Made by a program: the position numbers and the translations under genes. Source: Macrostomum lignano (Eukaryota). From it: 64,000 bases of DNA. The notes beneath the pieces were generated by a model. The model was not told the DNA's origin, searched no databases, and saw only the letters and a program-made list of their open reading frames with translations. This document shows positions 1 through 21,250 of the stretch, in pieces (position 1 is the first letter of the stretch; every line of letters starts with the position of its first letter). Where the stretch lies: positions 248,001 through 312,000 of the forward strand of contig NIVC01001126.1 of NCBI GenBank assembly GCA_002269645.1, in the 5' to 3' direction.

Positions 1-3000
1 GCATGTCTTACTGACGTACTGATGTTGCAGTGTCTTACTGATGCTGCAGGTGTCTTACTGATGTTGCAGGTGTCTTACGTACTGATGTTGCAGGTGTCTT
101 ACTGATGCTGCAGGTGTCTTACTGATGTTGCAGGTGTCTTACTGATGCTGCAGGTGTCTTACGACTGTGTTGCAGGTGTCTTACTGATGTTGCAGGTGTC
201 TTACTGATGTTGCAGGTGTCTTACTGATGTTGCAGGTGTCTTACTGATGTTGCATGTCTTACGTACTGATGTTGCAGGTGTCTTACTGATGCTGCAGGTG
301 TCTTACTGATGTTGCAGGTGTCTTACTGATGTTGCAGGTGTCTTACTGATGTTGCAGGTGTCTTACTGATGTTGCAGGTGTCTTACGTACTGATGTTGCA
401 GGTGTCTTACTGATGTTGCAGGTGTCTTACTGATGCTGCAGGTGTCGTACTGATGTGCAGGTGTCTTACGTACTGATGTTGCAGGTGTCTTACTGATGTT
501 GCAGGTGTCTTACTGATGTTGCAGGTGTCTTACTGATGTTGCAGGTGTCTTACTGATGTTGCAGGTGTCTTACGTACTGATGTTGCAGGTGTCTTTACTG
601 ATGTTGCAGGTGTCTTACTGATGTTGCAGGTGTCTTACTGATGTTGCAGGTGTCTTACTGATGTTGCATGTCTTACGTACTGATGTTGCAGGTGTCTTAC
701 TGATGTTGCAGGTGTCTTACTGATGTTGCAGGTGTCTTACTGATGCTGCAGGTGTCTTACTGATGTTGCAGGTGTCTTACTGATGTTGCAGGTGTCTTAC
801 GACTGCTTGCAGGTGTCTTACTGATGTTGCAGGTGTCTTACTGATGTTGCAGGTGTCTTACTGATGTTGCAGGTGTCTTACTGATGTTGCAGGTGTCTTA
901 CTGATGTTGCGGTGTCTTACGTACTGATGTTGCAGGTGTCTTACTGATGTTGCAGGTGTCTTACTGATGTTGCAGGTGTCTTACTGATGTTGCATGTGTC
1001 TTACGTACTGACGTTGCAGGTGTCTTACTGATGTTGCAGGTGTCTTACTGATGTTGCAGGTGTCTTACTGATGCTGCAGGTGTCTTACGTACTGGTGTTG
1101 CAGGTGACTTACTGATGTTGCAGGTGTCTTACTGATGCTGCAAGTGTCTTACTGATGTTGCAGGTGTCTTACTGATGTTGCATTGTCTTACGTACTGATG
1201 TTGCAGGTGTCTTACTGATGCTGCAGGTGTCTTACTGATGTTGCAGGTGTCTTACTGATGTTGCAGGTGTCTTACTGATGTTGCCGGTGTCTTACTGATG
1301 TTGCAGGTGTCTTACTGATGTTGCATTGTCTTACGTACTGATGTTGCAGGTGTCTTACTGATGCTGCAGGTGTCTTACTGATGTTGCAGGTGTCTTACTG
1401 ATGTTGCCGGTGTTGCAGGTGTCTGATGTACTGACGTTGCAAGTGTCTTACTGATGTTGCAGGTGTCTTACTGATGCTGCAGGTGTCTTACGTACTGGTG
1501 TTGCAGGTGTCTTACTGATGTTGCAGGTGTCTTACTGATGCTGCAGGTGTCTTACTGATGTTGCCGGTGTCTTACTGATGTTGCAGGTGTCTTACTGATG
1601 TTGCATTGTCTTACTGAAGTGTGCTGCAGGTGTCTTACTGATGTTGCAGGTGTCTTACGTACTGGTGTTGCAGGTGTCTTACTGATGCTGCAAGTGTCTT
1701 ACTGATGTTGCAGGTGTCTTACTGATGCTGCAGGTGTCTTACGTACTGGTGTTGCAGGTGTCTTACTGATGTTGCAGGTGTCTTACTGATGCTGCAAGTG
1801 TCTTATTGATGCTGCAGGTGTTTTACTGATGTTGCATTGTCTTACGTACTGATGTTGCAGGTGTCTTACTGATGCTGCAGGTGTCTTACTGATGTTGCAG
1901 GTGTCTTACGTACTGATGTTGCAGGTGTCTTACTGATGTTGCAGGTGTCTTACTGATGTTGCATTGTCTTACGTACTGATGTTGCAGGTGTCTTACGTAC
2001 TGATGTTGCAGGTGTCTTACTGATGCTGCAGGTGTCTTACGTACTGATGCTGCAGGTGTCTTACGTACTGATGTTGCAGGTGTCTTACTGATGCTGCAGG
2101 TGTCTTACTGATGCTGCAGGTGTCTTACGTACTGATGTTGCAGGTGTCTTACTGATGCTGCAGGTGTCTTACTGATGCTGCAGGTGTCTTACGTACTGAC
2201 GTTGCAGGTGTCTTACTGATGCTGCAGGTGTCTTACGTACTGATGTTGCAGGTGTCTTACTGATGCTGCAGGTGTCTTACTGATGTTGCAGGTGTCTTAC
2301 GTACTGATGTTGCAAGTGTCTTACTGATGTTGCAGGTGTCTTACTGATGTTGCAGGTGTCTTACTGATGTTGCAGGTGTCTTACTGATGTTGCCGGTGTC
2401 TTACTGATGTTGCAGGTGTCTTACTGATGTTGCATTGTCTTACGTACTGATGTTGCATTGTCTTACTGATGCTGCAGGTGTCTTACTGATGTTGCAGGTG
2501 TCTTACTGATGTTGCAGGTGTCTTACTGATGCTGCAGGTGTCTTACTGATGCTGCAGGTGTCTTACGTACTGATGTTGCAGGTGTCTTACTGATGCTGCA
2601 GGTGTCTTACGTACTGATGTTGCAGGTGTTTTACTGATTTTGCAGGTGTCTTACTGATGTTGCAGGTGTCTTACTGATGTTGCAGGTGTCTTACTGATGT
2701 TGCATGTGTCTTACGTACTGACGTTGCAGGTGTCTTACTGATGCTGCAGGTGTCTTACTGATGTTGCCGGTGTCTTACTGATGTTGCAGGTGTCTTACTG
2801 ATGTTGCATTGTCTTACGTACTGATGTTGCAGGTGTCTTACTGATGCTGCAGGTGTCTTACTGATGTTGCAGGTGTCTTACTGATGTTGCAGGTGTCTTA
2901 CTGATGCTGCAGGTGTCTTACTGATGCTGCAGGTGTCTTACGTACTGATGTTGCAGGTGTCTTACTGATGCTGCAGGTGTCTTACGTACTGATGTTGCAG

Positions 3001-3800
3001 GTGTTTTACTGATTTTGCAGGTGTCTTACTGATGTTGCAGGTGTCTTACTGATGTTGCAGGTGTCTTACTGATGTTGCATGTGTCTTACGTACTGACGTT
3101 GCAGGTGTCTTACTGATGCTGCAGGTGTCTTACTGATGTTGCAGGTGTCTTACTGATGCTGCAGGTGTCTTACTGATGTTGCAGGTGTCTTACGTACTGA
3201 TGTTGCAAGTGTCTTACTGATGTTGCAGGTGTCTTACTGATGTTGCATGTGTCTTACGTACTGACGTTGCAGGTGTCTTACTGATGTTGCAGGTGTCTTA
3301 CTGATGTTGCAGGTGTCTTACTGATGTTGCATGTGTCTTACGTACTGACGTTGCAGGTGTCTTACTGATGTTGCAGGTGTCTTACTGATGTTGCAGGTGT
3401 CTTACTGATGCTGCAGGTGTCTTACTGATGTTGCAGGTGTCTTACGTACTGATGTTGCAAGTGTCTTACTGATGTTGCAGGTGTCTTACGTACTGATGTT
3501 GCAGGTGTCTTACTGATGTTACACATGTCTTACTGACGTTGCAGGTGTCTTACTGATGTTGCAGGTGACTTACTGATGTTGCAGGTGACTTACTGATGTT
3601 GCAGTGATGTTGCAGGTGACTTACTGATGTTGCAGGTGTCTTACTGATGTTGCAGGTGTCCTAATGATGTTGCAAATGTCTTAGTGATGTTACATGTGTC
3701 TTACTGATGTTGCAGGTGCCTTACTGATGTTACACATGTCTTACTGATGTTGCAGGTGTCTTACTGATGTTACATGTGTCTTACTGATGTTGCAGGTGTG
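1..3800. repeat. 20-bp tandem satellite (TTACTGATGTTGCAGGTGTC)n, continuing past the left window edge
   Basis: About 180-190 near-identical units. Variants include a CGTA insertion (24 bp), GCTGC, and GCATT (19 bp). The array degenerates near 3500-3800. Confidence 0.97.
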
Positions 3801-5334
3801 TTGCTTACAGATGTGTTTCTTACATATATTTTTTGTTTTGTTCTTTTATGGCTATAACGTTATGCTGCTTTGAAAGTGAAGCACAAAAACTCTGTACTGC
3901 ACAGCTAAGTGCTAGAAAATTTTATGTCACGCAGACACATGCAACAATTAACGCATGTATTTGTATAACAACTTAATGCTACAGTATTTCAAAACGCGTT
4001 TATAATACTTGCAGTAGCTAAGGTGAACAAAATCGCTATAATTTTATACAGCTAAATTAGTCTAAATATACGATGGTGCAAAACATCCGTGAGGTAACAC
4101 ATCAGATCGTTGGAGCTAGTATAAAAATTCTAGTAAAAAGTTCCGACAAGATTCAGACAAGTGCAAAAAAATAGACAAATAATCATCTGGGAATAAATTT
4201 AGCAAGAAGTACGCTTCCACTCTACTGATAGTAGTTTAAATTAGAATTATGGATCCACAGCCTATAATAACTTGAACTAATTCGGATTTTTGCTATTTAT
4301 CTGAACTTTACTGTTTACTGTCTCTATAAGAAAGCATTTCAAAAAAATAAACTAAGAAAAAATTAAACTTGCAATACTGAATTTCCGCATTTCTGGTTAA
4401 AATATTTCTCATAAATACTCGTTGTTTGAAAAAATACTATTAGCAATAACCTTAATAAATCTAGGAGGTGCAATTAACGCTTTGAATTCCGTAAAAAGCG
4501 CTATTTTCACAGTGTATTACTACAAGTAACAATATAGCATATTGTTTAGCGGTAGTAGAAAAACTAATAATCTATAATAAAACAAAATAACAAAACACAA
4601 TTGTAGGTGGCCGCGCCTTAATTGGAATATCGGCTTGGCTCTGCTCTTGCAATTAACGGCCTTGAGAGCCAACCCCCAAGGCACAGTGAAGTGTACATGC
4701 CTAACGATAAATAAAGTTAGGGCCGCTGTACACTCCTGTGTGAGTGTGTGCCTGTGCGTATGACTGCGTACGTATGCGCGCGCTTGTGTGCCTGCTCAGG
4801 GGAGTCGGCGGAATGGGCAGTAATGCCTCTCGCCGGTTGTGTGACAATGTCGCTTAAAGTGCGCCAGGGTGCACACACAACCAGCCCTCTTGCCTGTAAC
4901 TAAGACCATCATGTGGCAGAAAAAATTCTTTGACAAATAAAAACACGCACCGCGGTTGGAGTTAAAACGGCAAAGCATGCTATAGATTCTGTATAACTAT
5001 TTTGGCAGATTATCAGAACAAAAACATTGCTGGCACTTGCTTAGATCAAAGTGTACAGTTTCAAAAACAGTCAGACTCTGATTGAGATTTTATTGGCAAT
5101 AGGAAATATAAGATAGACAGTCAAAAAAGTAGAAAAGATGGCAATTAATTAAGTATTGAGAAATTTTTTACCTAATTTTCATCTAACCATCAATTTCGCT
5201 TGTGGATGTACAAAAATCCCAACTGGCATGCCAAATTTCATTTAGCTACTAACAATACTAATGGAGGCTTGTAAAGTATTTAATTTGTGAAGTTTGTGAA
5301 TTGTTTAGTTTGAAAATTGTCCACTTTGTGAATA

Positions 5335-6330
5335 GCCCAGTTTGTGAACTGTCCAGTTGGTGAACTGTCTAGTTGGTGAACTGTCTAGTTGGTGAACTGT
5401 CTAGTTTGTGAACTGTCTAGTTTGTGAACTGTCTAGTTTGTGAACTATCTAGTTTGTGAATAGCCCAGTTTGTGAACTGTCTAGTTTGTGAACTGTCTAG
5501 TTTGTGAACTGTCTAGTTTGTGAATAGTCTAGTTTGTGAACTGTCTAGTTTGTGAATAGCCCAGTTTGTAAGCTGTCTAGTTTGTGAATAGCCCAGTTTG
5601 TGAACTGTCTATTTTGTGAATAGCCCAGTTTGTAAGCTGTCTAGTTGGTGAACTGTCTAGTTGGTGAACTGTCTAGTTGGTGAACTGTCTAGTTTGTGAA
5701 CTGTCTAGTTTGTGAACTGTCTAGTTTGTGAACTATCTAGTTTGTGAATAGCCCAGTTTGTGAACTGTCTAGTTTGTGAACTGTCTAGTTTGTGAACTGT
5801 CTAGTTTGTGAATAGTCTAGTTTGTGAACTGTCTAGTTTGTGAATAGCCCAGTTTGTAAGCTGTCTAGTTTGTGAATAGCCCAGTTTGTGAACTGTCTAG
5901 TTTGTGAATAGCCCAGTTTGTAAGCTGTCTAGTTTGTGAACTGTCTAGTTTGTGAATAGCCCAGTTTGTAAGCTGTCTAGTTTGTGAATAGCCCAGTTTG
6001 TAAGCTGTCTAGTTTGTGAATAGCCCAGTTTGTGAACTGTCTAGTTTGTGAATAGCCCAGTTTGTAAGCTGTCTAGTTTGTGAACTGTCTAGTTTGTGAA
6101 TAGCCCAGTTTGTAAGCTGTCTAGTTTGTGAACTGTCTATTTTGTGAATAGTCCAGTTTGTAAGCTGTCTAGTTTGTGAATTGTCTATTTTGTGAATAGT
6201 CCAGTTTGTGAACTGTCTAGTTTGTGAATAGCCCAGTTTGTGAATAGTCCAGTTTGTGAACTGTCTAGTTTGTGAATAGCCCAGTTTGTGAATAGTCCAG
6301 TTTGTGAACTGTCTAGTCTGTGAATTGTGT
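5335..6330. repeat. 16-bp minisatellite (GTTTGTGAACTGTCTA)n with AATAGCCCA variants
   Basis: 16-bp period read directly (CTAG at 5401 and 5417). A block starting at 5356 recurs at 5644. Confidence 0.95.
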
Positions 6331-6464
6331 GTAGTAACTGTGAATCATCTAGTCTGTGAAGTGCCCCTTTAAATTTAAATTTAGGACACTCACTAAACCA
6401 GCCGCAAAACAGTTGTTAGTGGAGCCTTCCTCCATTCAAGTATGTTAATTTATGAATAAAAGTC

Positions 6465-14344
<7,880 letters not shown>

Positions 14345-14904
14345 TTCATTCGCTCCGATTTTTTGTTATAACTGCCTGCCTTAGAATTAATCCGGCGGAA
14401 TTCTAGGAAAAACCCGGAAAAAATCTGACTATAACAGATATATTATCTATCGCGCAGGGCAGGCATGGCCCCGCAGTCTTGCATTACAGGAGTGGTAAAT
14501 ACTATGAACTCCGGTTCTGTTGCTATGCGGGCTGAAATTATTCGGGGTTTTCGCTTCAAATTGAATTTTTTATTTAATTGGCATGAGTTACATTTATGTG
14601 CAGGCTCAAAGCGCTGCATGTGAATTCCTATTGGATTTCGCTAGGCACCTATACGAGCTATAGGAATTGTAACATTCAAATTTGAACTGTTAGAATACGG
14701 ATAAAAAGCCTGATAAAGATTTAAGATTGAGAAGGTAATGATTAGCTGCAAAGGTGAAAGGTAATTTGTTTAAAACAGACACTAATAATGGTGATTAACA
14801 AGCAGTTATACATGTATAATACATAGTAGTGTAATAAATTGGCAGTAAATACATCATTAGTGTTTGCATAATGCTTCTTCAGATTAGGCTGGACCATTTA
14901 GAGT

Positions 14905-15420
14905 CACCCTGTACTTTTATTTTAGACTGGCGCTATTTTAGGTGACTATGTACTTTTAGATTGGCAGCATTTTAAGTGACCCCGTACTTTTAGATTCACA
15001 GTAGTTTAAGTGACCCTGTACTTTTAGATTGACAGCATTTTATAGGTGACTTTGTACCTTTAGATTCACAGTATTTAAAGCGACCCTGTACTTTAAGATT
15101 GGCAGCATTTTAAGTGACTTTGTACTTTAAGATTGGCAGCATTTTAAGTGACTTTGTACTTTTAGATTCGCAGCATTTTATGTGACCCTGTACTTTTAGA
15201 TCCGCAGATATCTAGGGGACTCTTTACTTTTAGATTCGCAGAATTTTAGGGGAATTTGTACTTTTAGATTCGCAGAATTCTAGCGGACTGTTACTTTTAG
15301 ATTTGCAGAATTTTAGGGGACATTGTACTTTTGGATTCGCAGAATTTTATGTAATCCTGTACTTTTAGACTGACGGCATTTTAGGTGACCCTGTACTTTT
15401 AAGATCGATAGCATTTTGAA
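14905..15420. repeat. About 34-bp degenerate tandem repeat (TGTACTTTTAGATTCGCAGCATTTTAAGTGACCC)
   Basis: About 15 copies; TGTACTTT at 15087 and 15121. Confidence 0.88.
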
Positions 15421-16553
15421 CGAATATAAACTGTTTTTCAACTGGCGATATTTTTTAAGAGTGTTTTAACAAACATTATTGTTAAAACCAACAGATTTGT
15501 TATTTTCGTTATAATAGCTACGAGTATTAGTGAAATGAAAATTCAACATGTTAAAAAATGATTGGTTTAAAAACTATTTTAACAGTCGCCTTATTGACAG
15601 ACCTCATTATTTCAGGGCTTCAACTTTTAAGAAGCAGAAAAATTGGCTGTTTTAGATTTAGGCTTAATTAGTATTGATTGATTGCTTAGACTGCATTAGC
15701 AAGCCGGTATTACTGTTATTTAACACGAGCAAATGCTACTAAAAGTAGCAATTATTGAAAAATCGATGGGTATAAAATGAAGTCAAGAAAGGTTGTTAAA
15801 AGTCACAAACGTTAGTTTCACTAAGCACTTCAAAATAGCTTATCAACATAACATTATTAAATTCCAAACGGCTAATTCATTAATTTATTATTTTTTAACT
15901 GAAATAATAGCACAACAGCAACAAGTAAACAACGTCAAAAATTATTTTAACACGATAAACCAGTGTATTTTAACTTGTAACTTGAATATTAATTTACCGC
16001 TAGAAACATAAATAATGACACACAGAGATACATTTAGTGGATGCTTTATGAGTGTCAGAGCGGAATACATAACGCAGAACTATTAAATATACACGATAAT
16101 AGAGACAAAACCATTAAAGAAACCAAACACCGAGAAGGAACAGCTAGATAAGTAAAATGGGTTAACTGTCAAAATTGCAGTAATGCTGGTGAAGCGAAGC
16201 ATAAAACAAAATGTTGATTAAAACAATTTATTTAACGAAAGCAGAACAAAAAAAACCAACGCCGAAAAAACATCGCACAAAAGCTCGCTCCAATCTAAAA
16301 ATAGCCAACCAATCAGACGCGACCAAGCCACTATCGCACGCGTACTACGCAGCCACCTCACTCCAGTCTAAAAATAGTCAGCCAAAATTAGACACCACCA
16401 AGCCACTATCGCACGCGTACTACGCAGCCACCTCACTCCAGTCTAAAAATAGTCAGCCAATCAGAAGCGGCCAAGCCACTATCGCACTCGTACTACGCAG
16501 CCAATCCACTCCATCCACAGTCACTTCACTCCAGTCTAAAAATAGCCAGCCAA

Positions 16554-17558
16554 TCAGACGCGATCAAGCCACTGTCGCACGCAGGTGACGTCGTCCAAAG
16601 CTGAGCAGCAGGCGAAATCCACTTGACAGCCGGAGTCCGTGAATTCAAATTTTTTACCCTCTCGACCGAGGCGGCGCTCTTTAAAGTGGATAAATTTATG
16701 AAGTAAAAAAATCGAATTAAAATTGAACTAAAAATATACAAAATATTAAGAAGATTACGTGATCTACGGAAACTCTGCGGATAAAACGTCACGTGACGCA
16801 TTAAAAAAGAAAGTCACGTGACCAACAAGGAAAGCCTATACATCACGTGATCTACAGAAAAATCTGGAAATCACGTGACTCACTGCGGGTACAATAAAAA
16901 ACGCCATAAGATAAGCCAGCTGAGCTAAATCCCTTCACTCACCGGCAGATCCACCGCTGAGGCCGGCCAGAGCGCCAGCCCTGGTAGTTCGCAGAGTCTC
17001 CAATTCGCGTTCCAAAGCCAATCGAACATAAGCGTCAGTTTTGGCCATAGCCTGATCCTGCTTATTGCACAGAATCAAAACCTTAGTCCGGCCCTGAATA
17101 TCCGATTCGGTCAGCAGATTATAGAGACACTCGGCGCAATCTTTCAATTCTTTAGCAATCGAATTGGCATCAATAACAAAGACTACAGCTCTGGCGCTAG
17201 ACTTGTACTTGTCCAGGTACTGCCTGCGCAGGCGTTCGTGACCGGGCAGGTCAACTACCCTCAACCGGCGCTTAGAAGCGGCTGTGCCAACAGCCAAGGG
17301 CTCGGATTGGTTGGCTTGCATAGAAGTCACAGTTGGCAGGGGTTTCGAATGCACCAACTGGCTGTACAGAGTAGTCTTGCCGGAGTCGCTAATGCCGCAC
17401 AATAGTACCGTATTGCGCTGGCTTCTACGGCGTAACCATAGCAACAGATACACAACTAGTGGGGCTAGTAGGGCGATTAAAGTAACAGCGGCTACTGACA
17501 CCTGCTGGTATTTGATTGGACCGGCCTCTGAGGGCAGCGCTGACATGATTTGATCCAT
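16554..17558 (-). CDS. SRPRB: Signal recognition particle receptor subunit beta (Arf-like GTPase), 2 exons
   Basis: Exon 16943-17558 has an N-terminal TM segment, P-loop GISDSGKTT, DLPGHERLR and NKQD. A phase-1 intron leads to exon 16554-16678 (ERRLGREGKKFEFTDSGCQVDFACCSALDDVTCVRQWLDRV*), which matches the SRbeta C-terminus. Confidence 0.93.
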
Positions 17559-17614
17559 GCGGGAGGAATTACAGGTGCAAAAATATATGCAGAACTGTCA
17601 CTAGAGAAAGTACG

Positions 17615-18148
17615 ATGTTACTGCTAGGCTAATCTTAATGGGGATTCTAATCACTGCTACGCTAATTCTAATGGGAATTCTAAGCACTGCTATGCTAATC
17701 CTAATGGGGATTCTAATCACTGCTACGCTAATTCTAATGGGAATTCTAAGCACTGCTATGCTAATCCTAATGGGGATTCTAATCACTGCTACGCTAATTC
17801 TAATGGGAATTCTAAGCACTGCTATGCTAATCCTAATGGGGGATTCTAACCACTGCCATGCTAATCCTAATGGGGATTCTAATCACTGCCATGCTAATCC
17901 TAATGGGGATTCTAATCACTGCTATGCTAATCCAATGGGGATTCTAATCACTGCTACGCTAATCCTAATGAGGATTCTAATCACTGCTATGCTAATCCTA
18001 ATGGGGATTTTAATCACTGCTACGCTAATTCTAATGGGGATTCTAATCACTGCTATGCTAATTCTAATGGGGATTCTAATCACTGCTATGCTAATTCTAA
18101 TGGGGATTCTAATCACTGCTATGCTAATTCTAATGGGGATTCTAACCG
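17615..18148. repeat. 33-bp minisatellite (CTAATCCTAATGGGGATTCTAATCACTGCTATG)n
   Basis: About 16 copies; source of the periodic ORFs at 17601-18209. Confidence 0.95.
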
Positions 18149-18799
18149 ACAATATTAACATAAATAAATAAGCCAATAATAATGTGTAAACTTTAGGTAA
18201 TATATGCAAAGTTATTCAAAAATTAGTAAATTAAAAATAATTCAATTTATGAAGCACCGCATTAAGAATGATAGCGCGATAACAAAATATAAAGGAAACA
18301 TCTAAGACAAAATGTTTAAATCAGGACGGATGTTGAAAAAAAGTACAATTTATGGAACAGAAACTCTGGGATAAAAAGCAACAGAGAAAATAATGAGCAA
18401 CCTTTAACTTAAAAAAGCACTTGAATTGTTAAACAAATTTTTAATTCAAAGACAGCTTTTAGCAGCACTTATTCGGTAGCAGAACAATTTCACAATCCTG
18501 ACTACTCAAAAGTAGTTAGTAGGATTAAAAAAATAAAACGTAAGTTTTTTTGTTTATTTACAAGCACCAAAAATAGGTCGGCATTTGGAGCTGTCTTGGA
18601 GATGTCCGTGGCATGCTGATGCCAATGTTTGTGAACTACGAGCGTATTGTCAATTAAAGTGAACTTTTTGAAACTCAAAATAAGAAGCTATTATAGCTCA
18701 AAACATTTTTTGGTTCAAGCAGACCATCTAGAAGTGGCACTCTAAAAAAAACTGCCTCTAAAAGCGTCACCAAGAAAACAGACACCACATGGAAGCACT

Positions 18800-19095
18800 A
18801 TGGAAAATTGTCACTCTTGAAACCCTCCAAAAGTGTCATCATTAAAACACCCTCCAAAATTGTCACTCTTGAAACACCCTCCAAAAGTGTCACTCTTGAA
18901 ACACCCTCCAAAATTTTCACTCTTGAAACACCATCCAAAAGTGTCAATCTTGAAACACCCTCCAAAATTGTCACTCTTGAAACACCATCCAAAAGTATCA
19001 CTCTTGAAACACCCTAGAAAATTGTCACTCTTGAAACACCATCCAAAAGTGTCACTCTTGAAACACCCTCCAAAATTGTCACTCTTGAAACACTC
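18800..19095. repeat. 27-bp minisatellite (TGTCACTCTTGAAACACCCTCCAAAAG)n
   Basis: About 11 copies, read directly. Confidence 0.93.
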
Positions 19096-19286
19096 TCATC
19101 ACTTGTCTATATATATCTACATTGAAACCATTCCAGTCGCTTTGTAATGCTACTATTTAAGTTGGCATAATGGTTTGACGATATGTATCGAAATGAAATA
19201 TAATATTGCGATTCCAACGGTAGCTTTTGTGCGCAGAAAATAATCCAAATCCAATAGGCAGGCGGACTGTCCGACAAGTCAGCTGA

Positions 19287-19802
19287 TCACGAGCTACTCT
19301 GGTATCGCTGGATCAGCTTAGAAACTGGGGCGACGCTGTCTGCAACAACAGAGGACCCTTCTTCGCCTGCCCCAGCGACTGTCTCCTTGGCTTGTGCTTT
19401 GGCACGGATCTCTCTATACTTAGCCAGAAACTCCGGTCCCGACTCCGCGCCGGTCGACATAGTCGTCCTAGCGGCGTCGCTCAATCGACGCTGTCGTTCG
19501 CGTAATACTTTAGACAGTTCAGCCGAAGTGCTTTGCTGCTGCTGCTGCTGCGGGCCGACAACAAATTTGAGTTCGCGAAGCATCTCCCACTGTTGGGAGC
19601 CGCACCTCGGCCGGGCCGGCCGGGAAACTGGCAACTCGGAACTGTCGCTTCCGCTAGATCTTTTTGGAAACGGAAATGAAGGACCGGGAAGCACAGCCCG
19701 AGAGTCGCTGTCATAGTCTGGCGTCGGATAGAACGCGTCGTCGTCGTTATTAACGTTGTCATGGTAACCAAATCCGCTCGATGCCGATTGACTGTTGGCC
19801 AT
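19287..19802 (-). CDS. Single-exon 171-aa protein, probable FAM107/DRR1 (DUF1151)-like
   Basis: GC-rich ATG-to-TGA ORF within AT-rich DNA. Three blocks in the same order as recalled FAM107 motifs: SQQWEMLRELKF (cf. SHQELHRELL), AELSKVLRERQRR (cf. PELQRVLEHRRR), GPEFLAKYREIR (cf. APEFVKVKGNLR). Coding status is likely; the family call is tentative. Confidence 0.55.
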   Translation of the reverse strand: MANSQSASSGFGYHDNVNNDDDAFYPTPDYDSDSRAVLPGPSFPFPKRSSGSDSSELPVSRPARPRCGSQQWEMLRELKFVVGPQQQQQQSTSAELSKVLRERQRRLSDAARTTMSTGAESGPEFLAKYREIRAKAQAKETVAGAGEEGSSVVADSVAPVSKLIQRYQSSS

Positions 19803-20689
19803 GTTGATATTTGGATGGCCAATTTTAGCATGATTTGAGTGACGTCATAAATGATACTTGAGCAATTTTCCAATGCTACCTATTGAGTCTAAATGACTGT
19901 AAAATGAAGCTAAATGATGATTAGATGATGATTGATGATACAAAATGATTATTAGATGATTGATGAAGCTAGATGATTATTAGATGATGACTGATGATGC
20001 CAAATGATTATTAGAAAATAATTGATAATGAATGATAACTTTGATACAGTATTTAAAATCCCTAATTGCTAAGAATTACTAGCAGCTCTTAAATTCTGAT
20101 AAATTACACCAACAACATAGATATCAATAACAGTAAAATAAAATCCACTGTCAAGAGGACAGATTCAAATAAAAAATGAATCGAAATGCACCTAAATTCG
20201 ATTTTGAATGACCGCTACTTATAGTAGTAGCAGTGGTATTATTATTATTAGCTCGATTTCAACAAATAAATTGCCAACCAAGTAAATTACCAACATACAA
20301 ATCGAACGAATGTTGTTTTTTGAAAAGTAGAAAACATTGAATTATTAAAGAACAAAACAGTTCTGCGAATCGATGACGTTTGTCAGGTAAAAATTTTTTT
20401 TGCTCAGCGGAAGATCTAGAATAATGCAACTTATTAGAATTCAATAAAGCTGGTGGACAAACAGCGAACACTTATTGTATATTAATTTATTATTTACTAG
20501 GAAAATAGATGGATCACGAAAGCAAAGCAGACAAATACACAAGCCTTTGAATACCTTCAATGTTTTAAGTCCTGGGCAAGTTATAGAAAACTTTCTGTAA
20601 AGGCTCTTATAAATCGTAGCATGCTACTAAATAACAAGGTGAACTAAAATAAACGGTAAAAAATTGATTTGGATCACTTGGAATGGAGA

Positions 20690-21250
20690 GCAGCTAGAGA
20701 GATACATAGAAAAACACAGAGAGTGGCTGAAATAAATCTATAAAGAAAGGAGAGAAGAGATATTATGAGAGTGAGGAGAGGGAGAAAGGAGGAAGAGGGG
20801 AGAAGAGAGGGTACAGTGAGAAAAGAGAGGGAGAGGAGAGAAGAGAGGGAAAGGAGAGGAGGAGAAAAGAGAAGGAGAGGGGAGAGAGTTGACGGGAGAA
20901 GAGATAGCGCAAGAAGAGAAGAGAGGGAGAAGAGATAGACAGAAAAGAGAGGGAGAAGAGATACACAGAGAAGAGAAGAGAGGGAGAAGAGATAGACAGA
21001 AAAGAGAGGGAGAAGAGATACACAGAGAAGAGAAGAGAGGGAGAAGAGATAGACAGAGAAGAGAAGAGAGGGAGAAGAGATAGACAGAGAAGAGAAGAGA
21101 GGGAAAGGAGAGGAGGAGAAAAGAGAGGGAGAAGAGATACACAGAGAAGAGAAGAGAGGGAGAAGAGATAGACAGAGAAGAGAAGAGAAGAGAGGGAGAA
21201 GAGATACACAGAGAAGAGAAGAGAAGAGATATACAGAGAAGAGACGCAGA
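20690..21250. repeat. Purine-rich (GA) low-complexity and tandem tract downstream of the MEK stop
   Basis: GAGAAGAGAAGAGAGGGAGAAGAGATAGACA-type units; source of the Leu/Ser/Phe-rich minus-strand ORFs. Confidence 0.92.

Noticed and set aside
4590-5040. GC-elevated island with a 60-aa ORF
   Set aside because: There are no convincing splice sites or protein motifs. It is more likely KCNQ 3' UTR or intergenic sequence.
17601-19147. ILMGILITAML and VTLETPSK ORFs
   Set aside because: They are products of the 33-bp and 27-bp minisatellites and have no unique coding content.
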